Assembly (NCBI GenBank): GCA_977017645.1
Contig: OZ360235.1
Coordinates: 48,050,001-48,114,000, forward strand
Length of the DNA stretch: 64,000 nucleotides
DNA from: Torpedo marmorata
Taxonomy: Eukaryota
Reading direction: 5' to 3'
This document shows positions 1 through 14,065 of this stretch, piece by piece. A program made the translations under genes and the position numbers. Within the stretch, counting starts at the first letter, position 1; the number at the start of each line of letters is the position of its first letter. The notes below the pieces were generated by a model, which had not been told where the DNA came from, ran no database searches, and saw nothing but the letters and a program-made list of their open reading frames with translations.

Positions 1-110
1 AGTAATAGCATGGAGTTGGGAGACCCTACCTGGCTAATTAAGAAGAGGTATTTAAATATATTAATGAGTGAGGTGTGATTGATGCACTTTACATGGACTT
101 CAGTAAGATG

Positions 111-566
111 TTGTAAAAACACACCAAAATGTTGGAGGAACTCAGCCGGTCTTTCAGTGTCCATAGGAGACAAAGATATATTGTCAACGTTTCGGGCCTG
201 AGACCTTCTTCAAGGAATAAGCAGAATGACCAAAAAACAGGAAATCTCAGAATACAGACAGTGCTGGCTGGGGAGGAGTCCAGAACAACAAAAGGTGTTA
301 ATTGGATATGATAAGGGGAGAGGTGAGAATTGATTATGTCTGTGCGAAAGGAGACGGAAAAGGGAGAGAGACAGAGCTGGGGGAAAGAAGTGAGGTGGGG
401 AGGGAGGGTTAACGAAAGCCGGAGAAGTCAATATTAATGGCAGCTGGTTGGAGGGTGCCCAGTCGGAAGATGAGGTGTTGTTCCTCCAATTTGCGGGTGG
501 TCTCAGTCTGACCTTTGATAGGCATGTCAGCAAGGGAATGGGATGGGAATTGAAATGGGTCACCAC
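111..566 (-). mobile_element. Penelope-like retroelement 3' fragment, apparently inserted in an old CR1 remnant
   Basis: RKLEEQHLIFRLGTLQPAAINIDFSGFR is the C-terminus of the GIY-YIG region, followed by the typical tail. Confidence 0.8.
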
Positions 567-3500
567 GTTGAACAAGGCCCCATGGAGGCTGATCTAAAAG
601 GTTGGAATCAGATCCACTTGCCAAATGTTTAGAAAGGAGGATTGGCTGAAATACAGCTGAGGTAGTAAAGGGAATCCGTGGGCTTTTAGTGGATACTGAT
701 TGGTATCCTATTTCCTGTAATGGAAGGGAGAAGTCAAGAAAGGGAAAGGAGATGGAACATATGAAAGGAAGAATTATCTGCTACATGGAAAATCATTACC
801 AGGGTGCTCTTGAACAATCTTCCAGTGGCCAATTAGCTGCTTCCTGAATCATAGTGTGGTTTCTGAACATTTGGAAGTACCATGGACATGCTCTTCACCA
901 TATGCCAACTCCAAGAAAAATTTAAGGAGCACTACCAACTGCAGTACAGCATCTACTTCAACCTCACTGAAGGCTGATTCCATCATTTAGAAGGAACTGG
1001 AACACTTAAATGGGCAAATTTGGTTGGCCACAAAATTCATTTCCACTTTAGGTTTGTGTTGCTATGAGAGCAAATCTAGAAGCCACTTTGTACTCAGGAG
1101 ACCAACAGAAAGAAATTAATTAAATAATATGTTGATATGTCTGGTTGGTCAGGCCATTGGGAGAAGCCCCATTGTTTTTGATATTGTGCCACCTGAATCC
1201 ATAGGCAGATTTGGATTAACCACTCATAACCCATCTGAAATCAGCACCATTAACAGTGCTTTAGTAGTGTGGTCATCATCTGTAAAACTGGCTGAAGTTA
1301 CAAGATCTGGCTTTGAGATTCTTAATATAATTGACAGTAAATCATTTTCATGTTAATTAACGGTATTATAAACCTCGAGAGATTTTAACTTATTTTAGAT
1401 CCTGAGGCTTCTCAGTAATAAAATTCCATTTCAATCCCAATGTTCACAACGGCCACAAGAGAGCACTGTGAAGAATTTAGTCTTTTTTATGTTTTGATCT
1501 AGTTCAGGTTTTCTCTTATTTTAAAAGCTAAAAAAAGATAAATTATCAGTACCAATGCAATTGTTTCTCTCACCTTGTTACCTCATTTCACATCTTTATC
1601 TATTTATAAAGATTTAGCCTTAAGCTACTGCTTTGTAAAGACAATGAATTTATCTTTACAAGGCAGCAGCGTGAGGCTAAAACTAAAAAAGAGAGTTCTT
1701 GGAGATTGTGGGGCTGAGAGCAAGAGAAGCATAAACTCAGCTATCTTCCCAGGTGCATGAGTAATGTTGATCCCTATTTTTCACTTTCATATCTTAAAAT
1801 TCCTTAGGCATGAATAGATTGGGCCAGTCAAAATGATCAGAATATCAACAATTGGAGGCCAAATGGCATCAGCCTAAATCTTATTTTGCTGGTAAATTTG
1901 AAGAGTTTGTCAATCTGAGAAATGCAGAGTTCACGAGCAATTTCTGGAAATGATTGCAGCCTCTGGCAATTTCATTGACTTGAACTTGCTTCTTGCTACT
2001 TCAGGAAGTGTAAGCTCATTGGGTGGTTTTCAGTTCCCCACCACTATTACACCTTTCGAGAAGCATGTATAATATTCCTTTAAGTCATACCACGTTCACC
2101 ATGCAGGAGGTGATATATAGGATTGAACAAAAGAGAACCAGGCAGCATTAAAGGGGAATAGGTTTTACTCCTTCTCATAGCATGCACAGGTAACAGATCA
2201 GAGGAGCTGGGTGATATCTGTAAGCAAAAACGTGACCTGCAATAAAGACGTTATTGTAAGAAAATTTGCCACCATGATCCCCTCACTGGACTTATCCCTC
2301 TATGGTTAAGAAGATGACAAATACAACATCCATAGAATGCAGTAATTTTAGGTTCATAATATGGGATACTAACTCTGTTATCGTATAGTCATGTATCCAT
2401 CGAGTAATTCTTGCACTTTACAGGAAAGATGAAGGAGCTATCACCTTCGTTATCACATCAGGCAGCACCAAGATCAGATCTTCCAGTTGTAGGGGATGCA
2501 TGCTTTCCCAAAGTCCAGAGTAGTTATTTATATTTTGCAAGAGATCAGAACATTTCCATAACTTTCAATAGATAAAGGTCGGCAGCTCATCAATACGTAT
2601 AATACATTTAACACAAAGCAAAGGGTCCTCTATTTCATTTCTAGATAACCTGGAATTTAAGTTTCATTCAGACAAGGAAAACTGATAAACTCAGGGAAAA
2701 CCATATGGTAGCAATGTTATTACATGATGCAAGCTTATCGTTAGTTGCCACAGATAATTACCCTTCAAAGTGTGGTTGGAATAATAGCAGAGGTGTGCCA
2801 TAAAGAGATAAAATAGTGGAATTGGTTTTATGAATGATATTAGTTACCTAGATTGTTGAAAAAGGCTATGCTACATGCTTATTTAATTGATTGTTGTAGT
2901 CTTCTGGAACCTGTACAATCATGCCACATAATACTTTGGCCTCTTGAGAAAATGGGCTTTAGGTGCTTTGGAAGTTTATTTCTATGGAAAACTCATAAGG
3001 AAGGTTCCCAGTGACAGGTGCAAGGGTAATCAGAACAGAATGTATATCTGAACACATGCAGTGTATTGACAATCATGTGCCCAAACTGATTCTCATCCAA
3101 TCTGTGACTGTTAACATGCAAAAATATGTTAAAATGCTTTATTGAGGACAGTAATGTTGTATGTCTTTCATTTTAAATTACACCATAAATATGTGTCCTG
3201 AAATATTATTATGAAGCAAATTCATTATAAAAAAAATGCAAAAAAGCATGGCTTGACTGAGTGTAAATGAAAAATATATTGACAAGAAACACATGTGACA
3301 TGAAATCATTGCCAGCTGCATGTTACATGTGTGGTTAAACACAATTTCATGTCTCTAAGGTATGTCATCACCTTAATTTATTTCCAGAAATTATCAAGCC
3401 TGATTACCTCCTCCTATAAAACCTGTGTCTGTGCAGAGTGCCAAACAGAGCAACATCTAGAAATAAACATGAAGGTAAAAGCTCTTCTCCACTTTTACTT

Positions 3501-4444
3501 GCCACTGACTAAATTCTCTGACTCCCTTTATTCTCCCTGAATCTATCTCTCTTCATTTTTTCCTCTTGTTTCTTTATCTTCCTACTTAGACTTTCTTGGC
3601 AAATTATCTAAATCTGTTTAAATTGCTTTAATTCAATTTTGAATTTATTTAGAATACTTCCAGCATATGCAACTATTTTAAGTAAATTGGACAATAGATA
3701 GATTGAGAGCTAATAGTTCCTCCAATTCCTCACTCCCCTTGAGTACAGTGTCGTCTTTAATTCAAAGTAACAATTCAAGGCAAACCTGATAGTCACTTTC
3801 CTGACATTCAGGGTTTTAAGTTTTAGGGTCTTATTAATTTAAAGAATCTCATGCAGCATAAATGAAATTGACTCACAGAACAGCCATGAATTAATAGACT
3901 GGCAGAAGAGTTACAAAAAGATGAAAGGTTTATTTCAAATCCTGCCTCCCTACATTCCCTATTAGGTTTCATTTTAGTCTGACTTACCTTGAAATTGTAC
4001 TTTAAACTTATCTTTCCTACACTAAGGTAGTACAGGCTCTAGTTGCACTGGCTTTTATCAATTTCCACCATTTGTAAAGGCATTCCTGTAGCAATAACCA
4101 AGAGATCACTAAATTGAAAACTAAAAGAATTCAAAAAACAAAACACAAGTATGTGATTTGCAGATTTTGTTCTGAATTGGATGAGACGACGAGCTTCAAT
4201 GGACTGTGATGGTCATGATGGTTGATGGAAAATGCTTAAAGGGATGTTCTATTATTTCACTGAAGTCTTTTTGAAAGTTTTGTTCAGCTTAAGATAAGGA
4301 TCAGATATCAGATTCCTGATTTGCAGCCTGCTCACATTTCTCTTTAATAATTAGGCTTATTGAGAAATTCTATTCTCTTCCACAAAAACTGCTGGGAGCA
4401 CTTACGGGTCAGGCTGCGTCTGCGGGAAGAGAAAATTAGTTAAT

Positions 4445-4930
4445 TACGTTTTTTACACAGCCGCTGTGTTCCAGGAAATTATTCCCATTTTCCCAGAACA
4501 CATGCTGTGTAAAAAGCTCGGAATGGGAATGAGGGTGCCATTCCCGTTCCGACATTTTACCTCCTCGACCCCAAGTCATTTTCCCGGAACGCCTGCAGTC
4601 TAAACTGAACTGCAGGCATTCCGTGACCAAGGGGCTGATGAATACGATGTAACGATGACGCGCTACCGATATGCTATCTAAACTCGCGGACAGAAACGGA
4701 GGTTTGCAGTTTTGGTCATTCCTGTGTGAACGACCACTGCCGGGATATCGGGAGACTCTTCCTAATGGTAAAATCCCACGAAGTCTATGTAAAAAACACT
4801 ATTGTTTCTGTTCGATTCTCTTTTCACTGTTCTTCATACTGCACCAAGAGATCTAATGCAAACTTGTGTGGGATTTTAATATTGTGGGTGATGGAGAAAA
4901 AAACCCGGGGGCTCGTTTATTTTTAAAAAA
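4445..4930. mobile_element. Probable non-autonomous DNA transposon fragment
   Basis: Locally CpG-rich, with an internal inverted repeat tttttacacagc...gctgtgtaaaaa (4449-4517). The far end was not identified. Confidence 0.35.
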
Positions 4931-5179
4931 AAGGTAATATTTATCTTTTCTTTTCCATTTTCACTCAACTGTGTATTCCACTTAAGAGGGTCAGAATAGG
5001 ATCATGCTCACAGATTTCTCTGCTCTCAGTGGATGTACAGGCAAAATCTAATCTTAGCCTTTGGCTGACCCACTGGCAGAGCATGTTGTTATTTATCAGT
5101 GGGTGCACTGGTAAATCGCACTGGCAGAGTGCACTGGTAGAGCATGTTGGGAAAGCACACTGATCTGAATTATCACTAG

Positions 5180-6040
5180 TGGGAGAAAGAATGGTCGACA
5201 TTTCGAGCCAATACTCTTCATCAGGAATGAGGAAAGTTAGAATAGGAGCAGTGTAAAGAGGACAGGGTGGAAGGGGTGAGGCAGGGGCCCACATGGGATT
5301 GATCAACCATGCAGAGGTGGAATATGATAGAGGCAGAGAAATGGCAGATGCCAGGCAAAGGGAGTGAGAGGCAAGAAAAATGGGTCAGGTGGAGAAAGAT
5401 GAGTCATGCAGGGTGGAGTGGGTGATTAGAAGACAAAGGTTGACAGTGGTGAGAATGAGAGGTGAGAATGGTGATCTAAAGAGAGACCAGATGGAACTAA
5501 AGGGAGGCAGACAGGAAGGGAAGGGAGCAGGAGAATCCACTGGGATGATGGGGATGGAAGGTGGAACTAAAGAAGAGGGGAAATGAGAATGGGCAGGGAT
5601 TCAGTGGGACTAGTTAGGAAGGAGGACAGAAAAAGAGAAAGGGAAGAGCAGAGAGGTACAGAAGAAGTGAGAGAGGACTCTACCTGAAATTAGAAAATTC
5701 TATGTTCATACCATTGGACTATAGGCTGTTCAGACAGAAGACGAGGTGTTGTTCCTCAAGTTTGCATTGGGTCTCACTCTGGTAGTGGAGAAGGCCCAAG
5801 ACAGACAGGTTGGAGTGGGAAAGGGGAGAGGAGCTCAAGATGGCCATGGTGGATGCTCTATGCATCCAATTGCATGTGGGGCCCCTGCCTCACTAACATT
5901 CCTCAGTCTTGATGAAAAGTTTTGGCTCAAAACGTTGCCCATTCTTTTTCTCCCACTGATGCAGCGTGACCCTTTGAGTTCCTCCAGCCCTTGTGTTTGG
6001 CTTCATATTTCGGAATCTGCAGTCTCCTGTGGCTCTTCAG
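5180..6040. mobile_element. Degenerate Penelope fragments (minus 5180-5850; plus-strand tail about 5900-6035)
   Basis: Purine-rich stretch, a gtgttgttcctcaagtttgc segment homologous to 475-495, and two tail motifs in opposite orientation. Confidence 0.6.
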
Positions 6041-6979
6041 TTGATCTCAATTATGATCGGCAGGCAAGAGCTGAGTGGATCCAAAGATGGCAACTGCTTT
6101 CCAAGGTGAAGTTTCAAGATCAGGTTGCAGCATGTAAGTTATGGAGAGCTGAAGGATTAGCCATGGCAGTAAAGTTAATTTTTAATTGGATTTCAACATT
6201 ATTGTCATTCCTAGCCTTACAAAAATAACATTTATTATTGTCAGGCTTCTTGGAAATGGTCATGGGACAAGATCCTATATGCCATGAAACCTCAATATCC
6301 TATAAAAAGGGACATAATTGTCAACAGATAGGCTTTATAGATATTCGGTAGGAGTCTTCCAAAATGGATCTGTGTCCACAAGACAACACATTAATGCTAC
6401 ACTCCCATGTTGTAGTTGCTAACTCAAGTTGTTAACTGTTGGCAGTGAAAATCAACCCAAGGTGTCCAAGGTACTCCCACATAGGCATCAATTGAGAGGT
6501 CAAAGAATGAGTGACAGCCCATAAATCGAGGAGTTCAGGGATCTCCGAGGGTTGTGGGATTGTAAGAATTTGCAGAAATGAGGGGGCTGGGTGTTGAATA
6601 TCAGTGAGAGATTTGGTAAGAAGAAGAAATCAGACGTTTCTATGAGCCAATTTGGATCACTGAGTACAGGTATAGTGAGTGAATGAGCAGGAGCACATTG
6701 GAGGAATCCATGCTTATGGACAATGCAAGGTGAGGGACTAGTCAGCTATTGGAATAGTTGGACCTCAGGGTAAAATGAGGTAAAGACTTCAGTGATAGAT
6801 GAGCTGGCACAAAGGTACATACGGATGATATTGCACAGGTGACCTTGAGATGGACAAGATGGGATCAGGAGCTCAATGCCTAACCAATGAAGGCAAGCAT
6901 AACATGTGGCTTCCTCACTCCCCTGTCTCGCTGTGTTGCCACTTTCAGGGAACCATGTACCTGTACCCTTTGGTCTCTC

Positions 6980-7372
6980 TGCATCACAGACACATGACTA
7001 TGGCGGGGAATGCATGCTATCACAGACTACAATACAAAGTCCAGCAGCACAGAGTGCAACAGCACCTGATGAATTACACATGTTCAATGCTCATTTCAAA
7101 CAGGGAGCCAACAGAGAAGTGGCATCCACATCAAATACTCCAGTGATGTAACACAATGGTCACTGTTGCTGAAGTCAGGGTGGCCTTCCAGTGGTTGATC
7201 CCATGGAAAGTGACTGGTCCAGATGAAGTCCCAGGATGTGTCCTGAGAGCCTGCACAGATCAACTGGTGGGTGCACTCACAGTCATTTTTAATCTCTCCC
7301 AATAACAGACCACAGTTCCCACTTGCTTCAAGAAGGCCACCATCACACCAGTACTGAAGAAAAGCATAATAA
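6980..7372 (+). mobile_element. Rex1/Babar-type LINE internal fragment
   Basis: Remnant reading GPDEVPGCVLRACTDQLVGALTVIFNLS...VPTCFKKATITPVLKK. Confidence 0.65.
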
Positions 7373-7374
7373 TG

Positions 7375-7825
7375 GCCACATTTGGAGTATTACAGGCAGT
7401 TCTGCTATAAGATAGATGTTATTAAGCTGGAAAGGGTACAAAAAAGATTCACAAGAATATTATCAGGATTGCAAGACTCAAGTTAAAAGGAGAGACTGGA
7501 TAGGCAAGGACTTGTTTTTCTCTGGTGACCTTAAAGCAATGTCTAAAATCATCAGGAACATGGATCGGGTAAATGGTCATAGTCATTTTCCAAGGGAAGG
7601 GTGGCCTAAAAAGAGAGCATAGGTTTAAGATGAGAGGGGAAGGAGTTAAAAGGGATCTGAGAGGCAACTTTTCCAGACAGAGGGTGAAACATATGTGGAA
7701 GGAGCTGCCAGAGGAAGCTGTAGAGGTGGGTACAATTTAAAAGAGATTTATACAGGCACATGGACAATGATGGTTTAGAGGGATTTGGACCAATTGCAGG
7801 CAAATGGATCTTGAAGAGCACATGA
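7375..7825 (+). mobile_element. CR1 LINE 3' fragment
   Basis: HLEY..QF, LERVQKRFTRILSG and RGNFF remnants typical of the CR1 C-terminus. Confidence 0.75.
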
Positions 7826-7841
7826 AATAAAATAAGAGAGG

Positions 7842-8088
7842 GGGACACGGTTAGCGTAGCGGTTAGCACAATGCTGTTACAGCACCAGCGACCAGGACTG
7901 GGGTTCGAATCCCACACTGTCTGTAAGGAGTTTGTACATTCTCACCGTGTCTGCGTGGGTTTCCTCCAGGTGCTCCAGTTTCCTCCCACTGTTCAAAATG
8001 TACCGTGGGTTGTAGGTCAATTGGGTTTAATTGGGCGGCACGGGCTCGTGGGCCAAGAGGGCCTGTTACCATGCAGTATGTCTAAAAA
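7842..8088 (+). mobile_element. tRNA-derived V-SINE (HE1-like)
   Basis: A box (TAGCGTAGCGG), B box (GGTTCGAATCC), V-domain-like core and CR1-like tail; same family as 26205-26462 and 53932-54187. Confidence 0.85.
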
Positions 8089-8602
8089 CTAGAGAATGAT
8101 ACAAGTCCAGTTGCACATTTACTTCTTAACTAAATTTTCATGAAAGATACATTCATTTATCGCAGCTATTTCCAACTTGACACAGGGTGAGTACTATGCA
8201 TAATGAGCTTTTAAACTTTCAGGATGGTTTTCAGGATGGTAATAAGTGCACATTGTAAGAACATTCCTTGGTCTTCCTAAGTAATATTCAGGGAAGAGCT
8301 GTTGAATGTTGGAACTATTAGTATATTACTCTGTTATCTTCTCACACATAGGACAAAAGTAGAGGTGGGGAAACACAAGATATGCAACCATTATACTTCA
8401 CTTCAGTGGCCCAGAGAGCCACCCATGGTACAAGTTTAATCAGTGCAGTTATTTTCCTTTTTGAAAGAAATGTCAGGTTGTGTTGAATGAGAAAAATTAT
8501 ATATTTGATTAGTTAGGACAGTGATAACATAAACGTGCCTCATATTTAGATGATCCAGACACGCTCTTGAAAACCAGAAGGAAAGCATCCAAAGTCACTC
8601 TG

Positions 8603-8892
8603 AATAGAAAGAGAGCACGAGAGAAAGAGAGGGCAAGAAAAAGAGGTGAGAGATAACGAGCGAGAAAGGGGAGGACAAGAAAGTGGGTGAGAGGGAGTGG
8701 ATGAGAAAAGGAGGGTGAAAGAGAGGGGAGAGAGGGCACAGAAGGGAGGGTGAGAGAAGGTGGGAAAGGGGGCAAGAAAGAGGATGAGTAAGGGAAGACA
8801 TGAAAGGTGAGAAAGAGAGGGGAAGATCAAGAGGGCTAGAAAGAGAGAGCAAGAAAAGGAGAGCTAGAAACGAAGGGCTAGAAAGAAAGAGC
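8603..8892 (+). repeat. Purine-rich (GA) low-complexity tract
   Basis: Almost entirely A/G for about 290 bp; it accounts for the spurious minus-strand ORFs here. Confidence 0.85.
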
Positions 8893-10313
8893 ATGCACCT
8901 ACATGCTCCCAACAGGATTATTTTGTCTGATTGCACTGAAGTAGTGCTTCAAGGGAACTGTTAAGTGTGTTTATGTCCCAGAGTGAACAAAGCCTTGGAC
9001 GATCACTGCTCAATCTGGCTGTGTGTCAACCATGCAGATAGCTTATCGAGTAAGTACATCAATGTAGGACCACCAGCACAGGCCATGTGCATGTAAAAAC
9101 AGGTCAGAACAATGTGACAACAAGAACATGTTTATTTCCAGAAAATAGAAATAAATGTAAAGCAAAGTTAAAGTGGGGAAAGAACTCCAAACAATGAAAT
9201 AGTTAAGGACCGCACCCTAGGAACATCTGAAACCCAGAAAAGTTTCAATGCATTTTTTAAAAAATCTTACTTTTGGGGTAATTAATGCTAGATTAAAGAA
9301 ACAGAAAATCATGGAAACACTCATTACATTTTGATGACACAAATATGTTAATTTTGAAGGCTTAGACATTTAAAGGAAAGATGTATGTTTATATTAAAAT
9401 GTTTCAAAGTGTTAGTTCATCCCAATGCATTTCACAGCCGATTTTAAAACTTTTGTAGTCTAGTTCTTGTTGTATTATGGGAAACATTACAACCAATTTG
9501 CCCACAGCAGAATTAATGACCACATAATCTGTTTCAGAAAGGTTGACTGCAAGATAAATTTAAAATGTTGTCATTGAATATTGTGATGTTGTGTTTCTAA
9601 TAAAGAACCCTTCCTATCACAAATTGACCAACTTTTTCTTTGAATTGTTCAGCATTATTTCTTCCAAAATAATCCAAACCAAATCTTAGGGATTGTAGCA
9701 CATGAGCTCTAAGTATTATTGCGTATGTACTTTATAAATTCTACCTCTGTGTATATATTGCGATAATGTTGGTATTGAATTGGCTGGAACCAATTGCCTG
9801 GTTCTGGGAGCAGTCATGAAAAGAATTACCGGTACTGTCTCTCAAAATTCCTTTGTTTGAGCAGAACACTTTGTTATTTTAACTTAATGCCTATCCTCTT
9901 GCATCTCAAGAAAGGATATGTACTGGATGGTCAGTGGGGAGAAACTTTAGGAATTTGTGGCAAGGGTGAGTGAAAGCTGCAGTGAGAGACATCAAGAGCC
10001 TGTCATAATGATCAGAGGTTGACAGAGAATGAAGACTTGTTGGGATGTTATATGGAATGTGGGTAAAGAGACAGGTGGTAGGGTTAGCGGGGCAGGAGCA
10101 TGTGTTATCGATGACTGGTGAGTTAAGGAAATCAAGAGGTAGGGCATGGGTCTCAAGGCTTTGCATGATCAAGATTGGATGTTGGGGTGGAGAGAGGGAT
10201 GCTAAAGGATGTCAGGTAAATAAGGGATTTACCTGGTGAATATTTCAGTGCTGTGAGGTAGTGGAAGTATTCAGTGTCAGATAGTCTGAGGTCAATATGG
10301 ACCAAAGCTCCTT

Positions 10314-10604
10314 TTTAAAAAAAAAAAATTATTTTAAATTTTAAATCACTTGATAATACATATTTATAAAATGCAAAATTATCAAAATACATGTGATATA
10401 TTTTCACCCCCCTCCCACCCTTACTATTCTAATATTATAGAAAGAAATAAAGAAAAAAAGAAAGAAAAAGATAAAGTATGGAGAACGTCAATCTAAAAAG
10501 AACAACTATAAGCTAATTTTATTGTGGAACACAGGTTCGCCAGTCAGATCTGATATCCAGAGATCTTCAAATCCTTAGACCCACAGTTTTTATATATGGG
10601 CTTA
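10314..10604 (-). mobile_element. L1/Tx1-like LINE 3' end with a 14-bp TSD, inserted in an older L2-like remnant (about 9900-10660)
   Basis: TSD gaccaaagctcctt at 10300-10313 and 10605-10618; homologous in reverse complement to 23870-24150. Confidence 0.75.
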
Positions 10605-12040
10605 GACCAAAGCTCCTTGCAGTGCTCCAATCTCTGGAGCAGCATGGAATGACTTGAAAAAGGTTGTTATCAAGTTTCTTTCTGGGAGAAAAAAGTGGAT
10701 TTTCAGTTGCATGACAGAGAAAGAAAAGCATTATTCAATTGAATTTCTAGACAAGTGTAATTTTATACACTCAACATTGCTTAACACAAACTATTTGCTT
10801 GTGCTGCATTTTAACAAATTTATCAATACATTTTCTTTAGATAGACATTCAGTTTGATAGGTTTTGAAGAAGAGTAATTTTGGTCTCTGATGCAACTTAA
10901 TTTGCATTGAACAGATGTTGTGGATACTTGGAAGCCATTGCTACCTATTCTTTTGTAGTCATTCATACCTATACTAACTCATTTTTTCCTCTCACTGGCA
11001 GACATACGCAGACCTTATTTAAAGTTTGTTTTATAAGTGCATGACACAACTTTGACTGAAACCTGCAGCTAAAATTTCAAAAGAGTGAGAAGCAGTTGGC
11101 GCAATCCTGAAACAAATATTCATCATTGCATCTTTTGTATAACATTTACATTAAAGTAATTGGGACAAACTTTAATTTGGCTAATTATCTCAACTACTTT
11201 TACTGTTTACGATGTGGACTTACTGGTTTCAAGTAAAAATTTGCACCGATGCTGTAACTGTTCAGTGAACAAAGCAATTACCCCTATGCTACATGCATAA
11301 GATTAGAGATAGACTAGCACTAGATCATATCTTTGGCTTTCAGCACACAGTCTGAAAACTCCCAGAGTGCACCCATTAGCTAAATGGCTACGTTAACGCA
11401 TAGTGCGCAGATCCTGTGCTACTGATCACATATATGTGCATTTGCTTGCGTATTTGCAGGTATTTGGATAAGCCTAATAAAAGAAACAGAAATTGAAATA
11501 AAGAATATATATATTTTATAATATTTCCATATGGTAAAATGAACCGAAATATCTAATGGGGAGTACCACTAGGTAATTTCCAGATAGTACCCAGACACAC
11601 ATAGTAAACTTCCTGAAATACCACTGGGTAAAATAAATAAAAAATCCCATCACAGTATAACATAAGACCTACAAAGATCATAGAAACTAACCCAATAACA
11701 ATCATATCCAATCTATCAGTAATGTTTCAAAAGTGTTCCCGACAAGAAAGACTCTATCAAATTAATTAGTCACTGTTTTAAAAATAATGTTGTCCTGGAT
11801 TGAAAGTTATGATTAAAACAACAACAAAAATCCCATTTTTCATTTGAAATCAGATATGTCAAATAAACCATCCTGATAATTGTAGTTTTAATCTGATATC
11901 AATGTTGAGGAGTGAGTGAGAGAAGTCTTCCACCAATCCTGCTTCACATTTTGTGTTGCAAACCTCTGTGTATGAAAATGAGAGCTACTACAGGGACAGG
12001 AACTCCTGCTTACAGTTTTTAGTGCTCATTGTCTTCGTTA

Positions 12041-12638
12041 CACTGGACAACAAATATTTTGCTTCCTGAACACTTTTGGATGTATTTTATGACTTTTGGG
12101 CTGCTTATCACGAAAATCATGTTAAAATCTTCCTATCACGTACCGTTTTTTAGATATAACCTATTTTTGTGTTTTCCTGTCATCTTTTAAGTCTACTTCA
12201 AGCATACAAGTGCAACATGTCATTGAAAATTAATTTTCTGCTTTCGATCTTCCCTGCTGATCTTGGTGCAGTCAGTGACGAACATGGTGAAAGGTTTCAC
12301 CAGGACATTACGACCATGGAAAAGCGGTATCAGGGCAACTGGAATCCATCGATGCTGGCCAACTATTGTTGAACACTGACACAAGAGGCATCAGATGCTG
12401 AGTACAAATGAATATCAGCAGCAAAACATTTTTAGGTCAGTTGAACTAACGCAATGTGTCAACATCATTATGCAATTAAACATGCTAAATTAAATAAAAG
12501 TTAATTTAATGTTTCTCCAACTTCCTACGTGATACAGCAAATCCGAAATTATCTTTGTGTTCAGCTTGAAGTTGTCTACCATAATCCCCAATTTTTTCAG
12601 GAAGTAAACCTTTTGAAAAAAAAAATTGTTGCCCAGTG
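12041..12638 (+). mobile_element. Internally deleted Chapaev3-type DNA transposon
   Basis: Ends CACTGGACAACAA...TTGTTGCCCAGTG with TTA on both sides (12038-12040, 12639-12641); transposase remnant MSLKINFL...LGAVSDEHGERFHQDITTMEKRYQG. Confidence 0.8.
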
Positions 12639-13349
12639 TTATTAATGTTGGAAGTCCCATTGAGAGAAATCATCTACCAAAGGTGAAGGGCTGTTTAGGG
12701 TGTAGAGTGGCAAAAGGAGAATGGGAGTATTAGATTGGAATTGGATGGTAGAGAAAGAGGAATAAGGAAAATGTAATAGGAAAATACAACTGTGGAAAGG
12801 TGTTGAAGGGACATTAGTGAAAAGGGAAGAAAGAAATACGTACATGTTAGTGAAAGGGGAGAGACTGGAAAAAGAGGGAATGGGAGAATGGATGTTTTTT
12901 GAAAACAAAGGGGAAAATGGATGGTTCACAGTCTCCCCGACTCTTTTCTCCATCTAATTTCTCTATCCTGGCCCTTAATCTATTTTCCTTAGGCTTGGTG
13001 AAGTGTTTTGAAATTAGCTTTATTTTTGAATATACTATGTAAATACTTTGGCTGTATTTATGTCTGTCCACATGTCCATTTTTCAATATGGTTAATCCTT
13101 TGAATTGTCCAAAATCCACCAAATCCACAGGAAGAACAAGCAAACCAATGCCAGCATCCTTTCCCAGTCCAACATTCCCACTATGAGGCCTTCATTACAC
13201 TCACACCTACGTTGGGAAGACCAACCACATCAAAACCAGACTCCTGAAATAGAGACACTATTTCAAGCTCTGTCAGAGACAGAGGGAAAAAATCATGGAT
13301 TCAGAGAAACCTCCTTGAAGAAATGCAACATCCCTACAGACACTGGCTA

Positions 13350-13592
13350 AAGGAGTTAGAGGGGATCTTAGAGGGATCTTATTCAGCCAGAGAGTAGTGA
13401 CCACCTAGAATAAACTGCCTAATCACCAAGCAGAATCACTGACAGCATTTACGTCATGTCTAGATGAGCATTTGTACAGCCTAGGCATAGAAGGCCACAG
13501 GCCAAGTGCTCGATGGGATTAATACAGATGGCTTTCCATTTCTTGGGTAGACATGGTGGCTGAATAGCTTGTTTCCATGCTGTATGACTTTA
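13350..13592 (+). mobile_element. Old CR1 3' end
   Basis: Degenerate ttcagccagagagtagtg...tgtttccatgctgtatgact tail. Confidence 0.55.
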
Positions 13593-13639
13593 CTACACTA
13601 TAACCTTTGGTCCATGATAGGTCAATGTGAATAAGGATT

Positions 13640-14065
13640 CCCTCCCCTCCCCACATCTATGTGATCTACCAGGATCGTTATCTGAAGAGGGTGCGCAAAA
13701 TCATTGAGGACCCCTTCCACCCCACACACAGCATCTTTCAGCTGCTCCCATCAGGAAAGAGATACAGGAGTATCAGAGCCAGCACCACCAGGCTGAGGAA
13801 AAGCTTCTTCCCACGAGCAGTGAGAATGCTGAACAACCAAAGGAACTGCTCATATTAACCATCTGGGACTCTCATATTCACAAAACAATATTTATTTATT
13901 TATTAGTATATATGATTACTTGTCCTGCATATGTATTGGTTGTCTGCATGTGTGTAATGTCTGGTTGTGTGTCTGCGTGTTTTGCACCAAGGACTGGAGA
14001 ACGCTGTTTTGTCGGGTTGTACTTGTACAATCAGATGACAACAAACTTGACTTGACTTGACTTGA
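13640..14065 (+). mobile_element. Rex1/Babar LINE 3' end
   Basis: KIIEDPFHPTHSIFQLLPSGKRYRSIRASTTRLRKSFFPRAVR, with a tail ending in (CTTGA)n. Confidence 0.85.

Noticed and set aside
620-4400. Possible exons of a neighbouring gene at the left end
   Set aside because: AT-rich unique-looking DNA with no peptide I could recognise; conserved non-coding elements cannot be assessed without alignments.
7842-7915. tRNA genes at V-SINE heads (also near 26400-26460 and 54115-54187)
   Set aside because: The tRNA-like A/B boxes run directly into the SINE body, and no complete cloverleaf was apparent.
8509-8936. Hydrophobic Leu/Ser/Pro ORFs resembling membrane proteins
   Set aside because: They are translations of the pyrimidine-rich strand of a GA tract.
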